DNA from: Candidatus Hydrogenedentota bacterium
GTDB taxonomy: Bacteria; Hydrogenedentota; Hydrogenedentia; Hydrogenedentales; SLHB01
Assembly: GCA_963674865.2 (NCBI GenBank)
Contig: CAXXYE010000011.1
Coordinates: forward strand, 96,001-160,000
Direction: 5' to 3'
DNA: 64,000 nt
This document shows, piece after piece, positions 20,901 through 29,689 of this stretch (positions are counted from its first letter, which is position 1; every line of letters starts with the position of its first letter). The notes under the pieces were generated by a model. It ran no database searches and was not told the DNA's origin. It saw only the letters and a program-made list of their open reading frames with translations. The translations under genes were made by a program, and so were the position numbers.

Positions 20901-21416
20901 ATCTCCGGTCCCTGGAAAGTCAGCTTTCCCGAGGGCCTGGGTGCGCCCAAGTCGGCCACCTTTGACAAGCTCATCTCCTGGACCGACTCAAAGGTCGACG
21001 GCATCAAGTATTTCTCCGGCATGGCCATCTACGAAAAGGAATTCGACGCACCGGCGCAACTGTTGACCGACGACAGCCGGCTCTTTCTCGACCTCGGTCA
21101 AGTGGGAAAAGTAGCCGAGGTAAACCTCAACGGCCAACCGCTCGGCATCGTCTGGAAACCGCCCCACCGGGTGGACATTACGGACGCCGTACGGACCGGC
21201 CAGAACCGCCTGGTAATCGAAGTCGCCAACACCTGGTCGAACCGCCTTGTCGGCGACGCCAACTCGCCCGACGCCAAGCCGTTCTGCTCGACGAACATGA
21301 AGAAATCCCTAACCTGGAAAGTATCCTGGAAGGACACGCCGCTGCTGCAATCGGGCCTCATCGGGCCGGTGCGGTTGATCTCGGCAAGAGAGGTATCGGT
21401 TGAACTGCCGCCGTAG
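17991..21416 (+). CDS. GH106-like alpha-L-rhamnosidase with inserted F5/8-type domain
   Basis: F.DPP..ARP..YWAWLNG, PRGEFW, KETACAAHVYG, EAFTS and EVANTWSNRLVGD motifs. Confidence 0.8.
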   Translation: MNGHLLRHCVFTLLAFAWTATETPIVADDLADGFADPPPAARPAAYWAWLNGSVDRAQLTRELEEMKAKGVSKYYIFECGAKDPDGVIPAGPAFMGKESLEDIGHAIREAGRLGMELGFTTSSSWNCGGSWVEPKHASMGLFQAEVKVEGGKRFSDVLPFPKTPAKAPKRPDGLPKFYKDVAVLAVPDSDRVPGYEFVLELAPPGPHTIERVVLYNTQTDKPDRLGPMQRFAKDFSVSVSATTPDHESSTEVLRATLKPTTAAQEFKFQPVEARHVKLTILSGHNPKDGRIELAEFEAYDPAGKNVALKYFTDGSGSDATLLRFTSEASKSGDWSAGNIHDGAKSSPDGSWRSGPPPAVIENIGSVVNLTDRMDEDGRLTWDVPPGKWTVMRFVCTNTGQGLAVPSPNSHGLAIDHFSADATRMHFQYLIDKLQGEVGPLKDTALSTMYVCSYELRGAVWTPDFIQQFQQRRGYDMTPYLPCLFGSTLQDRQIAGRFDYDYRKTQGDLLVDAFYKTARDMSNKYGLQLCAEAGGPGPPTHNVPVDALKAQGVMDIPRGEFWTDLHLWVVKETACAAHVYGKQFVDMEAFTSWRHWQDGPFDLKPCADRAICDGTNHFTFHTSPHVPPAAGMPGWVYHAGTHMGPSLAWWPKAGAFLDYLARCSYLLQQGLFVGDVCYYYGDQAYNFVPPKHDEPSLGPGYDYDVANAEVILTRMAVKDGRIVLPDGMSYELLVLPNRPDMDLDVLRKLEQLVRAGATIVGPKPIRSNGLDDFRTRDAAVKELADKLWGPCNGTTVTSYDHGRGHVIWGRTLGQIFEARGIGPDFQFHAADETELDFIHRRVGESHVYFVSNQTPRWANADCEFRVRGRAPELWLPETGEIRPLVVYRDAPQGTVVPLRLPPSGSVFVVFRRQAREPYVVLVGGRPDVCQVSRGGQNTAKLLAFEGGTYTLKTDQGKKIRAEVKAVPAERQISGPWKVSFPEGLGAPKSATFDKLISWTDSKVDGIKYFSGMAIYEKEFDAPAQLLTDDSRLFLDLGQVGKVAEVNLNGQPLGIVWKPPHRVDITDAVRTGQNRLVIEVANTWSNRLVGDANSPDAKPFCSTNMKKSLTWKVSWKDTPLLQSGLIGPVRLISAREVSVELPP

Positions 21417-21577
21417 CCCTCCACCGTGATCCTGAAGCCCCCCTTTGGTCAGTAATCCGAATCACGGTTCCCTACATGAACGCCTGGCGGCTGGTCTCTT
21501 ATCTGATATGCTATTTGGAGTTGGATGCATGACCGCACTCAACCCAGAAATTGCTGGATTCCGAAAGCGGTGAAGCC

Positions 21578-21820
21578 ATGGACTACGATGCTGATAAGAT
21601 CGACGAAGCGGTTCTCGCGCTGCTTATTCTCACGGTTCATCAAGAAGACAAATACGGGGCACGTGCGTGGAAGGGACACGATTGGGAAACGCTCAATCGA
21701 TTGCACGAAAAGGGATTCATATCCGATCCCGTCTCCAAGGCGAAGTCGGTCGTGGTCTCGCCGGAAGGCTTGGCGGCCGGCCGTGAATTGTTCGCAAAGC
21801 TATTCTCAAGAGACACATGA
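21578..21820 (+). CDS. Small winged-helix protein, DUF6429-like
   Basis: IDEAVLALL..RAWKGHDWETLNRLHEKGFISDPVSKAKSV recognised from memory of the family. Confidence 0.75.
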   Translation: MDYDADKIDEAVLALLILTVHQEDKYGARAWKGHDWETLNRLHEKGFISDPVSKAKSVVVSPEGLAAGRELFAKLFSRDT

Positions 21821-21839
21821 TAGCGGCAAGAGCCCCTGA

Positions 21840-22145
21840 AAAGATGCCCACAACCGGACCGACATCTGCCTCGCCCCGCCCGAGGTCGAGCAGCCGCACG
21901 TCGATCCGGCATCGCTCCCCGGCGCAACGCCCGCCGGTTCGGCCGGCCTGTCATTCAGGACCTGGACCGACGATGGCGGCACCTTCACCATCCAAGCCAA
22001 GTACGCCGGCATGGCGGGGGAGAGTGTCCGCCTGCTGCGCGAAGACGAAAAGGAACTCAAGGCCCCCCTGGCACGGCTTTGCGAAGCGGATCGAAAACAC
22101 GTCGAAGAACTGCAGGCCGCCAAGCCGACAAACCCGTTCGAGTAA
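21840..22145 (+). pseudogene. Startless remnant carrying an SHD1 (SLA1 homology) domain
   Basis: My translation after TGA 21837: ...FRTWTDDGGTFTIQAKYAGMAGESVRLLREDEKELKAPLARLCEADRKHV..NPFE*. No start codon precedes the domain. Confidence 0.65.
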
Positions 22146-22169
22146 CAACCAGGGTACTCCGCAGAACCT

Positions 22170-22284
22170 TGTTCCCACGCTTCGCGTGGGAACAGATCGC
22201 TTCGAGGACCCGCTTGGCAACGTGGGGCACGTTTCCAACGTGCCCGTAGTCCGTGGTAGATTTGGCACGATACAATCGTGCCCC
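22170..22284. repeat. Cluster of REP-like palindromes
   Basis: TGTTCCCACGC-ttc-GCGTGGGAACA (22170-22194); GTGG-GGCACGTT-tcc-AACGTGCC (22222-22245); inverted partner GGCACGAT-aca-ATCGTGCC-CC (22264-22284). Confidence 0.75.
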
Positions 22285-22389
22285 AAGCGTCCCCCAACCG
22301 GCCCTGACATCCGGCAGTTATGCTGCCGCGCCTCCCGGCAGGCACCATCGGCTTTGCCTGTGCTGGCCGCCAATCGTGGAGATGCCGTA

Positions 22390-23097
22390 ATGTTGGACGA
22401 TCCGCAACCCGTTCTGGAGTACATGAAGCTAGTCGCCGAGGATCCGTTGGCGCACGCGTTGGTTCTGGAGGAAGCGGAGGGGAAGCTTCTGGCTTTGGGT
22501 CCTGTTGCCATTTTCGCAGGAACCGAGCGGCCTTATCTGTGGTGCTGCGGATGCTCGCTGCAGTTGGAGCGCAAGGTCACCAACACTGTCAATAGTTGTA
22601 CGGGTGTAATGCTCTGCGAAGACTCTCCACCCCCGGGTTGCCAGACATGCGGAGGTCCTCCACCCCCGAAGTACCGGTCATCCGTTGACACGTTCTCGAA
22701 GAACGCCAAGCGGTTCATTGATCTCATCCAGGCCGTTCTTGACTCTCCACTTTCCCCCGGCGGTGAGGCGGGTGACCTATCGATTTTGGAACATACCAAA
22801 CATATTGCCAGTCGCCCGGCAATGTATGGAGTGTTTCCACAGGACTGCGAGGGTCAGCTTGTCGGCCTTGCCATGGCTCTGATTGCGATGGAGACCGAAC
22901 GCTCACTTGACGAAGCGGCCAGCGTTGTGGCGGATTTGATTGCCGAAGTTGCGAAGGACACTCGCCAACCGGACACGCAGGTACCGATGTTGTGTGAAGA
23001 CCCCACAGTGGCGCGTAGCCGCTCAGCCTTCGCAAGCTTTTCAAAGAATGCCGAGAGATTCGTTGCGCGGCTGGAGGCTTTTTTGGAGTCGTCATAG
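22390..23097 (+). CDS. Hypothetical protein, tandem paralog 1 (internally duplicated domain)
   Basis: GGAG RBS; clearly homologous to 23159-23884; the true start is probably MLDDPQ rather than the ORF-track start at 21817. Confidence 0.75.
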   Translation: MLDDPQPVLEYMKLVAEDPLAHALVLEEAEGKLLALGPVAIFAGTERPYLWCCGCSLQLERKVTNTVNSCTGVMLCEDSPPPGCQTCGGPPPPKYRSSVDTFSKNAKRFIDLIQAVLDSPLSPGGEAGDLSILEHTKHIASRPAMYGVFPQDCEGQLVGLAMALIAMETERSLDEAASVVADLIAEVAKDTRQPDTQVPMLCEDPTVARSRSAFASFSKNAERFVARLEAFLESS

Positions 23098-23158
23098 TTG
23101 AAGGCGAGAAAAGGGCGGGCGATATCCGCTTCAGACCGCCAATCCTGGAGATGCCGTA

Positions 23159-23884
23159 ATGTTGGACGATCCGCAACCCGTGCTGGAGTACATGAAGCGA
23201 ATCGCCGACAACCCATTAGGGTATGCGTCGCTTCTGGAGGAAGCAGAGGGGAAGTTTCTGGTTTTAGGGTGGGCAGCCCTTCTCGCGGGAACTCAGCAGT
23301 CTTCCAGGTGGTGCGGCCGAACTTCGCAGCAGTTGCAGCGGGAGGTTACCAACACTCTCGATCGTTGTGTGCTTTCAATGCTCTGCCAAGATTCTCCCTC
23401 CTCTTGCCCGACATGCGGAGGCCCTCCGCGACCGAAGATCCGGAGATCCGTTGGCTCGTTCTCGAAGAACGCCAAGCGGTACATTGATCGCATCGAGACC
23501 GTTCTTGACACTCCACTTTCCCCCGAGGAAGAGGAAAAGGAAGACGCCCCATCCTTATTGGTGGAGTGTATTGAAGAAATCGCCACACACCCCTTTCGCT
23601 ATGCGGGTCATGTGCAGGACTGCGAGGGTCAGTTGGCCGGGCTGGCCATGCTTCTGATTGCCGCGGAGATCCGACTCTCGCTTGACGAAGCGGCCGGCGT
23701 CGTGGCGGATTTGATTGCCGAAGTCACTAAAGACACGCCCCAACCCCCGTCGCAGGTCCCGCTGTTATGTGAAGACCCCATATTGGCGCCAAGCTGGCCA
23801 GCCCGCCGTTTGGCCTCCAAGACATTTTCCAAGAATGCCGAACGGTTCGTTGCGCGGTTGAAGGTTTTTTTGGAGTCGTCGTAG
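23159..23884 (+). CDS. Hypothetical protein, tandem paralog 2
   Basis: Shares upstream CCGCCAATC(G/C)TGGAGATGCCGTA, N-terminus MLDDPQPVLEYMK and C-terminal FSKNAERFVARL..FLESS with paralog 1. Confidence 0.75.
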   Translation: MLDDPQPVLEYMKRIADNPLGYASLLEEAEGKFLVLGWAALLAGTQQSSRWCGRTSQQLQREVTNTLDRCVLSMLCQDSPSSCPTCGGPPRPKIRRSVGSFSKNAKRYIDRIETVLDTPLSPEEEEKEDAPSLLVECIEEIATHPFRYAGHVQDCEGQLAGLAMLLIAAEIRLSLDEAAGVVADLIAEVTKDTPQPPSQVPLLCEDPILAPSWPARRLASKTFSKNAERFVARLKVFLESS

Positions 23885-23957
23885 GCGCGGCTGGTACCGT
23901 CGATTTTGCGACAGAGATCTCGCGAAATCGACGGTGCTACCCGGTGATTCCGCATCC

Positions 23958-24923
23958 TCACCGCGAGTAAGAATCCGCCGTCACCGGTCCCAGGACCGAC
24001 GACACATCGTCGTTGAGAACCCCCGTATCCAACTCGTCCAGCACGATCACCCCGTCGATCGAACCGGCCCGTTCCGGGTCGTGCCACGTCCAGACGACTT
24101 TGCCTTGCGGATCGAACTCGAGAATTTGCACGCCCTTGGTACTGTCCTTGGGGTCATGGCCCGACCAATTCGAGGTGACGAGGTTACCGTTCTTCAAGAT
24201 CTGAAACCCGGCGAATAGGTGCAGTCCCAGGTCTTTGCCCTGGTCCGACTGCGGGAGGCCGATCGTCTTTACCACTCTGCCGTCGGCGTCCAACTCGAAC
24301 ATTCTTGGGACGTAGCCGCCGGATACCAACAGGTGACCGCTGGGTAGGCGGACCGTCTGATAGGCCCAAACCTTCCCCTGCCCTTCGATCGTGTGCCGCT
24401 TGAGAATATTGCCGTCCAGATCGCCCTCGAAGACTTGGTTGGCATTGCCGAACAAAACCGTCTCTTGGGGAGTCATGCGGACCACGCGCGTTTGGGGCAC
24501 GTCAAAGTTCGACTTGCGGAGCACCTTGCCGTCGGCGGCCAACTCGACCAGAATCACCCCTGGTGGGTTAGTCTCGTTGCGGACCAAAATCGTCCGGCCG
24601 TCCGGCAATCGCCGGGCCGAGACCGTGCCCGGGTAGCCCGTGACTTCCTTGACCATCCGCCGGTCGGCCAGATCGTATTCGTGAAAACCCTCCAGCGAAC
24701 TCAAGAGCAAGATATTGTCGCCCACAAGCTGAATGTCGCGGTGCTTGATCGGCAGTTTCAGCGTCCAATCCTTGGACGAGTCGGACTGGTCGACGTAAAC
24801 CAGTTGATGGCGCGATTCATCCACGGCCAGAAACCGATGTTTCACCTCCGCGGCCTTCGAGAAATTCTGCGTCGCACAGATTGCCAACACGGCCAGCACG
24901 ATCGTCACTTGCTTTCTGTTCAT
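23958..24923 (-). CDS. Secreted beta-propeller-like hypothetical protein
   Basis: Signal peptide; repeated RLPDG/RLPSG/ELD.DG.V blade motifs. Confidence 0.7.
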   Translation of the reverse strand: MNRKQVTIVLAVLAICATQNFSKAAEVKHRFLAVDESRHQLVYVDQSDSSKDWTLKLPIKHRDIQLVGDNILLLSSLEGFHEYDLADRRMVKEVTGYPGTVSARRLPDGRTILVRNETNPPGVILVELAADGKVLRKSNFDVPQTRVVRMTPQETVLFGNANQVFEGDLDGNILKRHTIEGQGKVWAYQTVRLPSGHLLVSGGYVPRMFELDADGRVVKTIGLPQSDQGKDLGLHLFAGFQILKNGNLVTSNWSGHDPKDSTKGVQILEFDPQGKVVWTWHDPERAGSIDGVIVLDELDTGVLNDDVSSVLGPVTADSYSR

Positions 24924-25041
24924 TTCGGACTCCCTGATTGCAGTCTGAGGACGTACATCATAACCCGGTGCCGCACATTATACACCAAACGAAATCCGTC
25001 TGTCGTCGATTTGCCACTCATATTCACCAGGCTCCGCTGTC

Positions 25042-25070
25042 TTGACGGTGCAGCAAACGGCGATTAGATT
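25042..25070 (+). promoter_or_regulatory. Putative sigma70 promoter
   Basis: TTGACG-17 nt-TAGATT upstream of the sulfatase. Confidence 0.45.
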
Positions 25071-25153
25071 CAAGCCCGGCGAGGGGCACAAGTTGATTGC
25101 CGCCATTTCGCACGGTAGTGGCCCAGCAGCCATCCAACCATCGGAGAGCACGC

Positions 25154-27859
25154 ATGCCGTTTCAAGTAATTCGATTCCTGCCACACCTGGTAGCTGCTGC
25201 CGTGACCCTCGCGGCGACCGCGGCCGGCGGCCAAGATGCGTCGGACAAGGCCCGGCAACCGAATCTCGTTTTCGTAATGAGCGACCAGCACTCCTGGGAC
25301 ATGCTGGGGTGTTACGGCAACCAGGATATCATTACCCCAAACTTCGACCGTCTGGCCGGCCAGGGCGTCCGCTTCGACCACTGCGTTTCGAACTCGCCGG
25401 TCTGCACGCCCTATCGCGGGATTCTGATGAGCGGCCAACATCCGCTCTATTGCGGCTCGATGCAGAACGACCTGCAGATCCTGCCCGGCGAAGGCAACTA
25501 TCTGGGCGAGGTCCTCCGCGATGCGGGCTATCGGATGGGATACTACGGCAAGTGGCACCTCTACGGCGGCGACCGAGTTCGACCCGTCCCGCCGGGACCC
25601 TTCCGTTACGGTTTCGATCACGAATTTCTCACCAACAACTGCACGCTTCGCTTCGACGCCGAGAACGCCTACTACTGGGACCAAGAAGGCGAGCGACAGC
25701 TCTACGGCGATTGGGAGCCGTACGCCCAAACACGACAAGCGATCGATTTCGTCGACAAACATGCCGAACGGCCGTTCGCCCTCTTCCTTTCCTGGCACCC
25801 GCCGCACAACTGGGGCCGAGATCACGAGGGCTATCTGGCTCCGGAAGACTGCCTGGCGCTCTACGATCCGGCCAAACTGCACTTGCGTCCAAACGTGCAG
25901 GATACGCCCGAGATTCGCCGCAAGTACCAAGGCCACATGGCGATGATCAGCAGTCTCGACCGGGCGTTCGGCCAGCTAATGAAGAAGCTCGACGAGAAGC
26001 GGCTGGTCGACGATACGCTGGTTATCTTCACCGCCGACCATGGCGACATGCTGATGTCGTACGGCTGGCCCAACCATAAGGGCCGCGCCGAACACGGTTC
26101 CTGCCGCGTGCCGCTGCTGGTTCGCTTTCCCGGACGGATCGAGCCTCGCACCAGCGACCTGCTGATCGGCACACTTGACTTGATGCCCACGATTCTCGGA
26201 CTCCTCGGTATATCGGCGCCCAAGACTTGCCAGGGCCAAAATCTGGCCGATGCAATCCGCGAGCAGCGCGACGACGCGGTCCAATCGCAACCGCTGTTTC
26301 TACTTGCGGGCGAGTGGCGAGGTGTCTACACACGGCAACACACATATTCCTTCTCGGTTAATCCCGACTCGTCCCACGGCAAGTTGCGATCCGACAACCT
26401 CCTCTTCGATCGCCAAGAAGACCCCTGGGAGATGAAGAACCTGTTCGACTCGGCCCAGCACGAAGAAATCCGCCGGCAATTGCACGCACAGACTCTCGAT
26501 TGGATGGCCAAATTCGGCGACAAGGGCTTGCGGTTCCAGACCCTGCTGGATTGCGCCGTCCGCGAGCAGGATTGGCCCGCCGTGACCTCTCCCCCTCGAT
26601 ATCGTCCCCAAGGTTGGCAAGGCCGGCTAAAGGGACGGCCGGTCGATCTTCAGCCGCCGAAGAGAGAGGACGTACGTCGCGAGTTGCTGGATGGCCTGGA
26701 GGTGAAGCCGGCCGAGATCGTGGTCGTCAAGGCCGAGCTAACCAAGCTCTCGGCCAAGCCACCCCGAGTCTGGGCCGAAGGGACGAAGCTCCGGCGTTTG
26801 CGGCCACTGGGGCCCGACGCCGGTGTGCCCGCCCCCGATGCGGTAGATTCCCAGAGCATCATCGTGCGACACCAGGGTCGCGAATTGAAACGGGACGTCG
26901 ATTTCCTGGCGGACCCGGCCTACGGAACCCTGGGACTGACGCCCCAATCGAGCGTCACCGCCCAGGACGACGTCGAGGTCGATTATCGCTTTTCGCTCCG
27001 CCGGATCGATTCGATCGTGTCGACCGCCGACGGCCGCCGCGTGCTCCGCGAGGGCACGTCCGACCTGACCACGCCCGTGCCACCGTCTTTGGAAGAGGGC
27101 GAGAAACGTCTGGCCAACGTGTTCGTCGACTACTTCAACGACGGCAACGCCCCGGAGGTCTTTCCCATCGAAAAAAACGCCGCTGATGCGGCCACCTTCA
27201 CCACGCCTGGGCGGATTCCCCGTACGTTGGCCAAGATCCGCCAGGGCAAGCCGGTCAAGATCGTCTGCTGGGGAGACAGCGTCACCGTCGGCGGCGATGC
27301 CAGTTCGCCCCAGACCCGATACCCGGCCGTTCTCCAGACCCGGCTGAAGGCGAAATTCGCTTCGGCCGACGTGACCGTGCAAACCGTGGCCGTGGGCGGA
27401 TCGAATTCCCAACAGTGGCTCTACCCCGACCGCTTCCCCGGACGGGCTCCCAATCAGACCGTCTGGCAGCGGGTCGTCGACGCCAAGCCCGACCTGGTGA
27501 CCATCGAGTTCGTCAACGACGGGGGCATGACCCCGCAGCAGGTCGATCTGGTCTACGCCGACATTCTCAAGCGGCTCAAGACAATCGGTGCCGAGGTGAT
27601 CCTGATCACTCCCCATTTCACCAGGCCGGCACAGATGCGGATGCAATCGCTCCGCCAGCCGGATCGCCGGCCCTATGTGCTCGCGTTGCGCGGGTTCGCC
27701 GAGCGCCGCCATCTTGCCCTGGCCGATGCGTCCTCGCGTTGGGGACATCTCTGGCGAGAGGGCATCCCGTACGTGACGCTCCTCCGCAACGGAATCAACC
27801 ATCCCGACGATCGAGGCCACGCCCTCTTCGCCGATGAACTGATCAAGTGCTTTGAATAG
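25154..27859 (+). CDS. Sulfatase (S1, Cys-type) fused to a C-terminal SGNH hydrolase
   Basis: PNLVFVMSDQH, CTPYR (CxPxR), GKWHL and ADHG; then WGDSVT, EFVND and INHP. Confidence 0.85.
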   Translation: MPFQVIRFLPHLVAAAVTLAATAAGGQDASDKARQPNLVFVMSDQHSWDMLGCYGNQDIITPNFDRLAGQGVRFDHCVSNSPVCTPYRGILMSGQHPLYCGSMQNDLQILPGEGNYLGEVLRDAGYRMGYYGKWHLYGGDRVRPVPPGPFRYGFDHEFLTNNCTLRFDAENAYYWDQEGERQLYGDWEPYAQTRQAIDFVDKHAERPFALFLSWHPPHNWGRDHEGYLAPEDCLALYDPAKLHLRPNVQDTPEIRRKYQGHMAMISSLDRAFGQLMKKLDEKRLVDDTLVIFTADHGDMLMSYGWPNHKGRAEHGSCRVPLLVRFPGRIEPRTSDLLIGTLDLMPTILGLLGISAPKTCQGQNLADAIREQRDDAVQSQPLFLLAGEWRGVYTRQHTYSFSVNPDSSHGKLRSDNLLFDRQEDPWEMKNLFDSAQHEEIRRQLHAQTLDWMAKFGDKGLRFQTLLDCAVREQDWPAVTSPPRYRPQGWQGRLKGRPVDLQPPKREDVRRELLDGLEVKPAEIVVVKAELTKLSAKPPRVWAEGTKLRRLRPLGPDAGVPAPDAVDSQSIIVRHQGRELKRDVDFLADPAYGTLGLTPQSSVTAQDDVEVDYRFSLRRIDSIVSTADGRRVLREGTSDLTTPVPPSLEEGEKRLANVFVDYFNDGNAPEVFPIEKNAADAATFTTPGRIPRTLAKIRQGKPVKIVCWGDSVTVGGDASSPQTRYPAVLQTRLKAKFASADVTVQTVAVGGSNSQQWLYPDRFPGRAPNQTVWQRVVDAKPDLVTIEFVNDGGMTPQQVDLVYADILKRLKTIGAEVILITPHFTRPAQMRMQSLRQPDRRPYVLALRGFAERRHLALADASSRWGHLWREGIPYVTLLRNGINHPDDRGHALFADELIKCFE

Positions 27860-28245
27860 CCAAAAAACAGAGTTCGTTCTACGTCCACCACAACAGCCGA
27901 CGTAGTTTCGCCAGGTGATTCAGACGCAGTGCGGCCTGTCTCGTAACGGACCACACGGCGGTATGTCCGGCCGATCTCGATTGAGTTTGGCAAACCAGTC
28001 TGCCGGCGTTCCAATTGGCCTGACGGTCACGTATCACACATCGCTGGCGAGCTTGGCCACCGCGGCTGCAAACGATGCACGTTGATCGGCTCCCTTCACT
28101 TTGAGGTGCAGAAGGGGAGAATGGACAAGAGGAGAATTGGGAAGAGGTCCGGATTGCACGGCCGACCGACATGCCGGTTTTCCCTTTCCCCTCGTCTCCG
28201 GTGCCCCCTGTAAACCTTTCGTCTCCTTTCAGCGGAGAGTGCAAC

Positions 28246-29663
28246 ATGAAAAGCCTGCTCTTCTTGGTCATGATTTGTGCAGCCCTGCTCTCAATCGGCA
28301 CAACTGCATCGGCGGACGGTTATTCACCTCGGGTGGGAAGCCCACATCCCGACTTCACCCTGCCCGACATAGACACCAGGGAACCGGTCTCGCTTTCACA
28401 ATTTCGCGGTAAGAAAGTGCTCTTAATTCACTTCGCCTCCTGGTGAGCTGGCTGCCGACGGCACGTGCCGGTCTGGCACGAAAAGACTCGCGAGTTGGTC
28501 CGCCAAGGCAAGCTGGTCTTGCTCGCTGTTATCCAGGAACAGCATCCCCAGCGCTGCCGACTCTTTGCCCAATGGCAGAAGTTTGATTGGCCCATCCTCC
28601 ACGATCCGATCAACCTGCTGGGGCTGGGAGGCGTGCCGGTCATTCTGGCCCTCGACGAAGATGGCATCGTGCGAAGCATCCGGCCCAAGATGGACACCTT
28701 CGAGGCCGACTTCATCGACCGGTCGTTCCCCTCGCCGGAATCCGCACCCCAAGCGGTGGTCAAACCGACCGTGCCCGATCTCTCCAAACTGCAAGAGCGA
28801 GCCAGACAGGCCGGTTCCGCCGAAGGCTGGCGAGAATTGGCCGACGCGCTGGTGCTCTGGGGCGGAGTCGATCGGATCAACCAGGCCCTGGCCGCATACA
28901 CCAAGGCGGCCCAACTTGCCCCCAACGACGGCGATACGCAATTCCGCCTCGGCGTAGCCTATCGGATGCGCTTCGAATCGCCCGACCGCCGGGCGAACGA
29001 TTTTCAGGCCGCGGTAGACCATTGGACCGCAGCCCGGGCCGTCGACCCGAACCAGTACATCTGGCGGCGCCGCATCGAGCAATACGGCCCCCGGTTAACC
29101 AAGCCCTACTCCTTCTACGACTGGGTCAACACCGCCAAGGCCGAAATCACCGCGCGAGGCGAAACGCCGATAGCACTCGCCGTGGAGCCGTCGGGAGCCG
29201 AGTTCGCCTATCCGGAAGAGGATTTTGCCGAGGACGATTCCCCCGCCCAATCGCCCGACCCCAAAGGCCGCATTCTTCGCGACATCCAGGGCCTGATGAA
29301 GACCGAGGTGGCGGTAGTTCCGCACCGCGGATTAAGCCCGGCAGATCGGCCCGGGTACACGTCACCATGCGACCCAACGAAGAACTCAAGGCCCATTGGA
29401 ACAACGAGTCCCGGCCGCTGGTGCTCTGGGTCGACGCGCCCCAAGGATGGCAAGTAGGGAAGCGACTGATCGCGGCCCCGCAAGGCAAAGAACCGGAAAC
29501 CGACGAGCCGCGGCACTTGGAGTTCGAGGTCCGCGCGCCGGCCGATTTTCACGGAACCGCGAAACTGCAAGCCTATGCGTTATATTACGCTTGCGAAGAC
29601 GTGGGCGGAAGTTGCCGGTTCGTCCGCCAGGATATTTCGGTCGACGTCCCCGTCGGCGATTGA
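28246..29663 (+). CDS. Exported redoxin (TlpA/AhpC-TSA-like) selenoprotein with UxxC, TPR region and DsbD-N-like C-terminal domain
   Basis: PDFTLPD..VSLSQFRGKKVLLIHFASW-TGA(28444)-AGCRRHVPVW continues in frame into ORF 28465. An apparent 1-nt frameshift near 29325 leads into the final domain ending YACEDVGGSCRF. Confidence 0.8.
28447..28480 (+). promoter_or_regulatory. Putative bacterial SECIS element
   Basis: CGTGCC-GGTCT-GGCACG hairpin (28464-28480); its loop starts 24 nt after the TGA. Confidence 0.6.
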
Positions 29664-29689
29664 GATCGTTTCGCACGATGCCCAATCGT

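Noticed and set aside
21817..22389. N-terminal extension of the 426-aa ORF
   Set aside because: It runs through the SHD1 remnant in another frame and through REP palindromes; the paralog shows the real start is MLDDPQ at 22390.
22390..23884. Diversity-generating retroelement TR/VR pair
   Set aside because: Differences are spread over both whole genes and are not adenine-specific, and there is no reverse transcriptase in the window.
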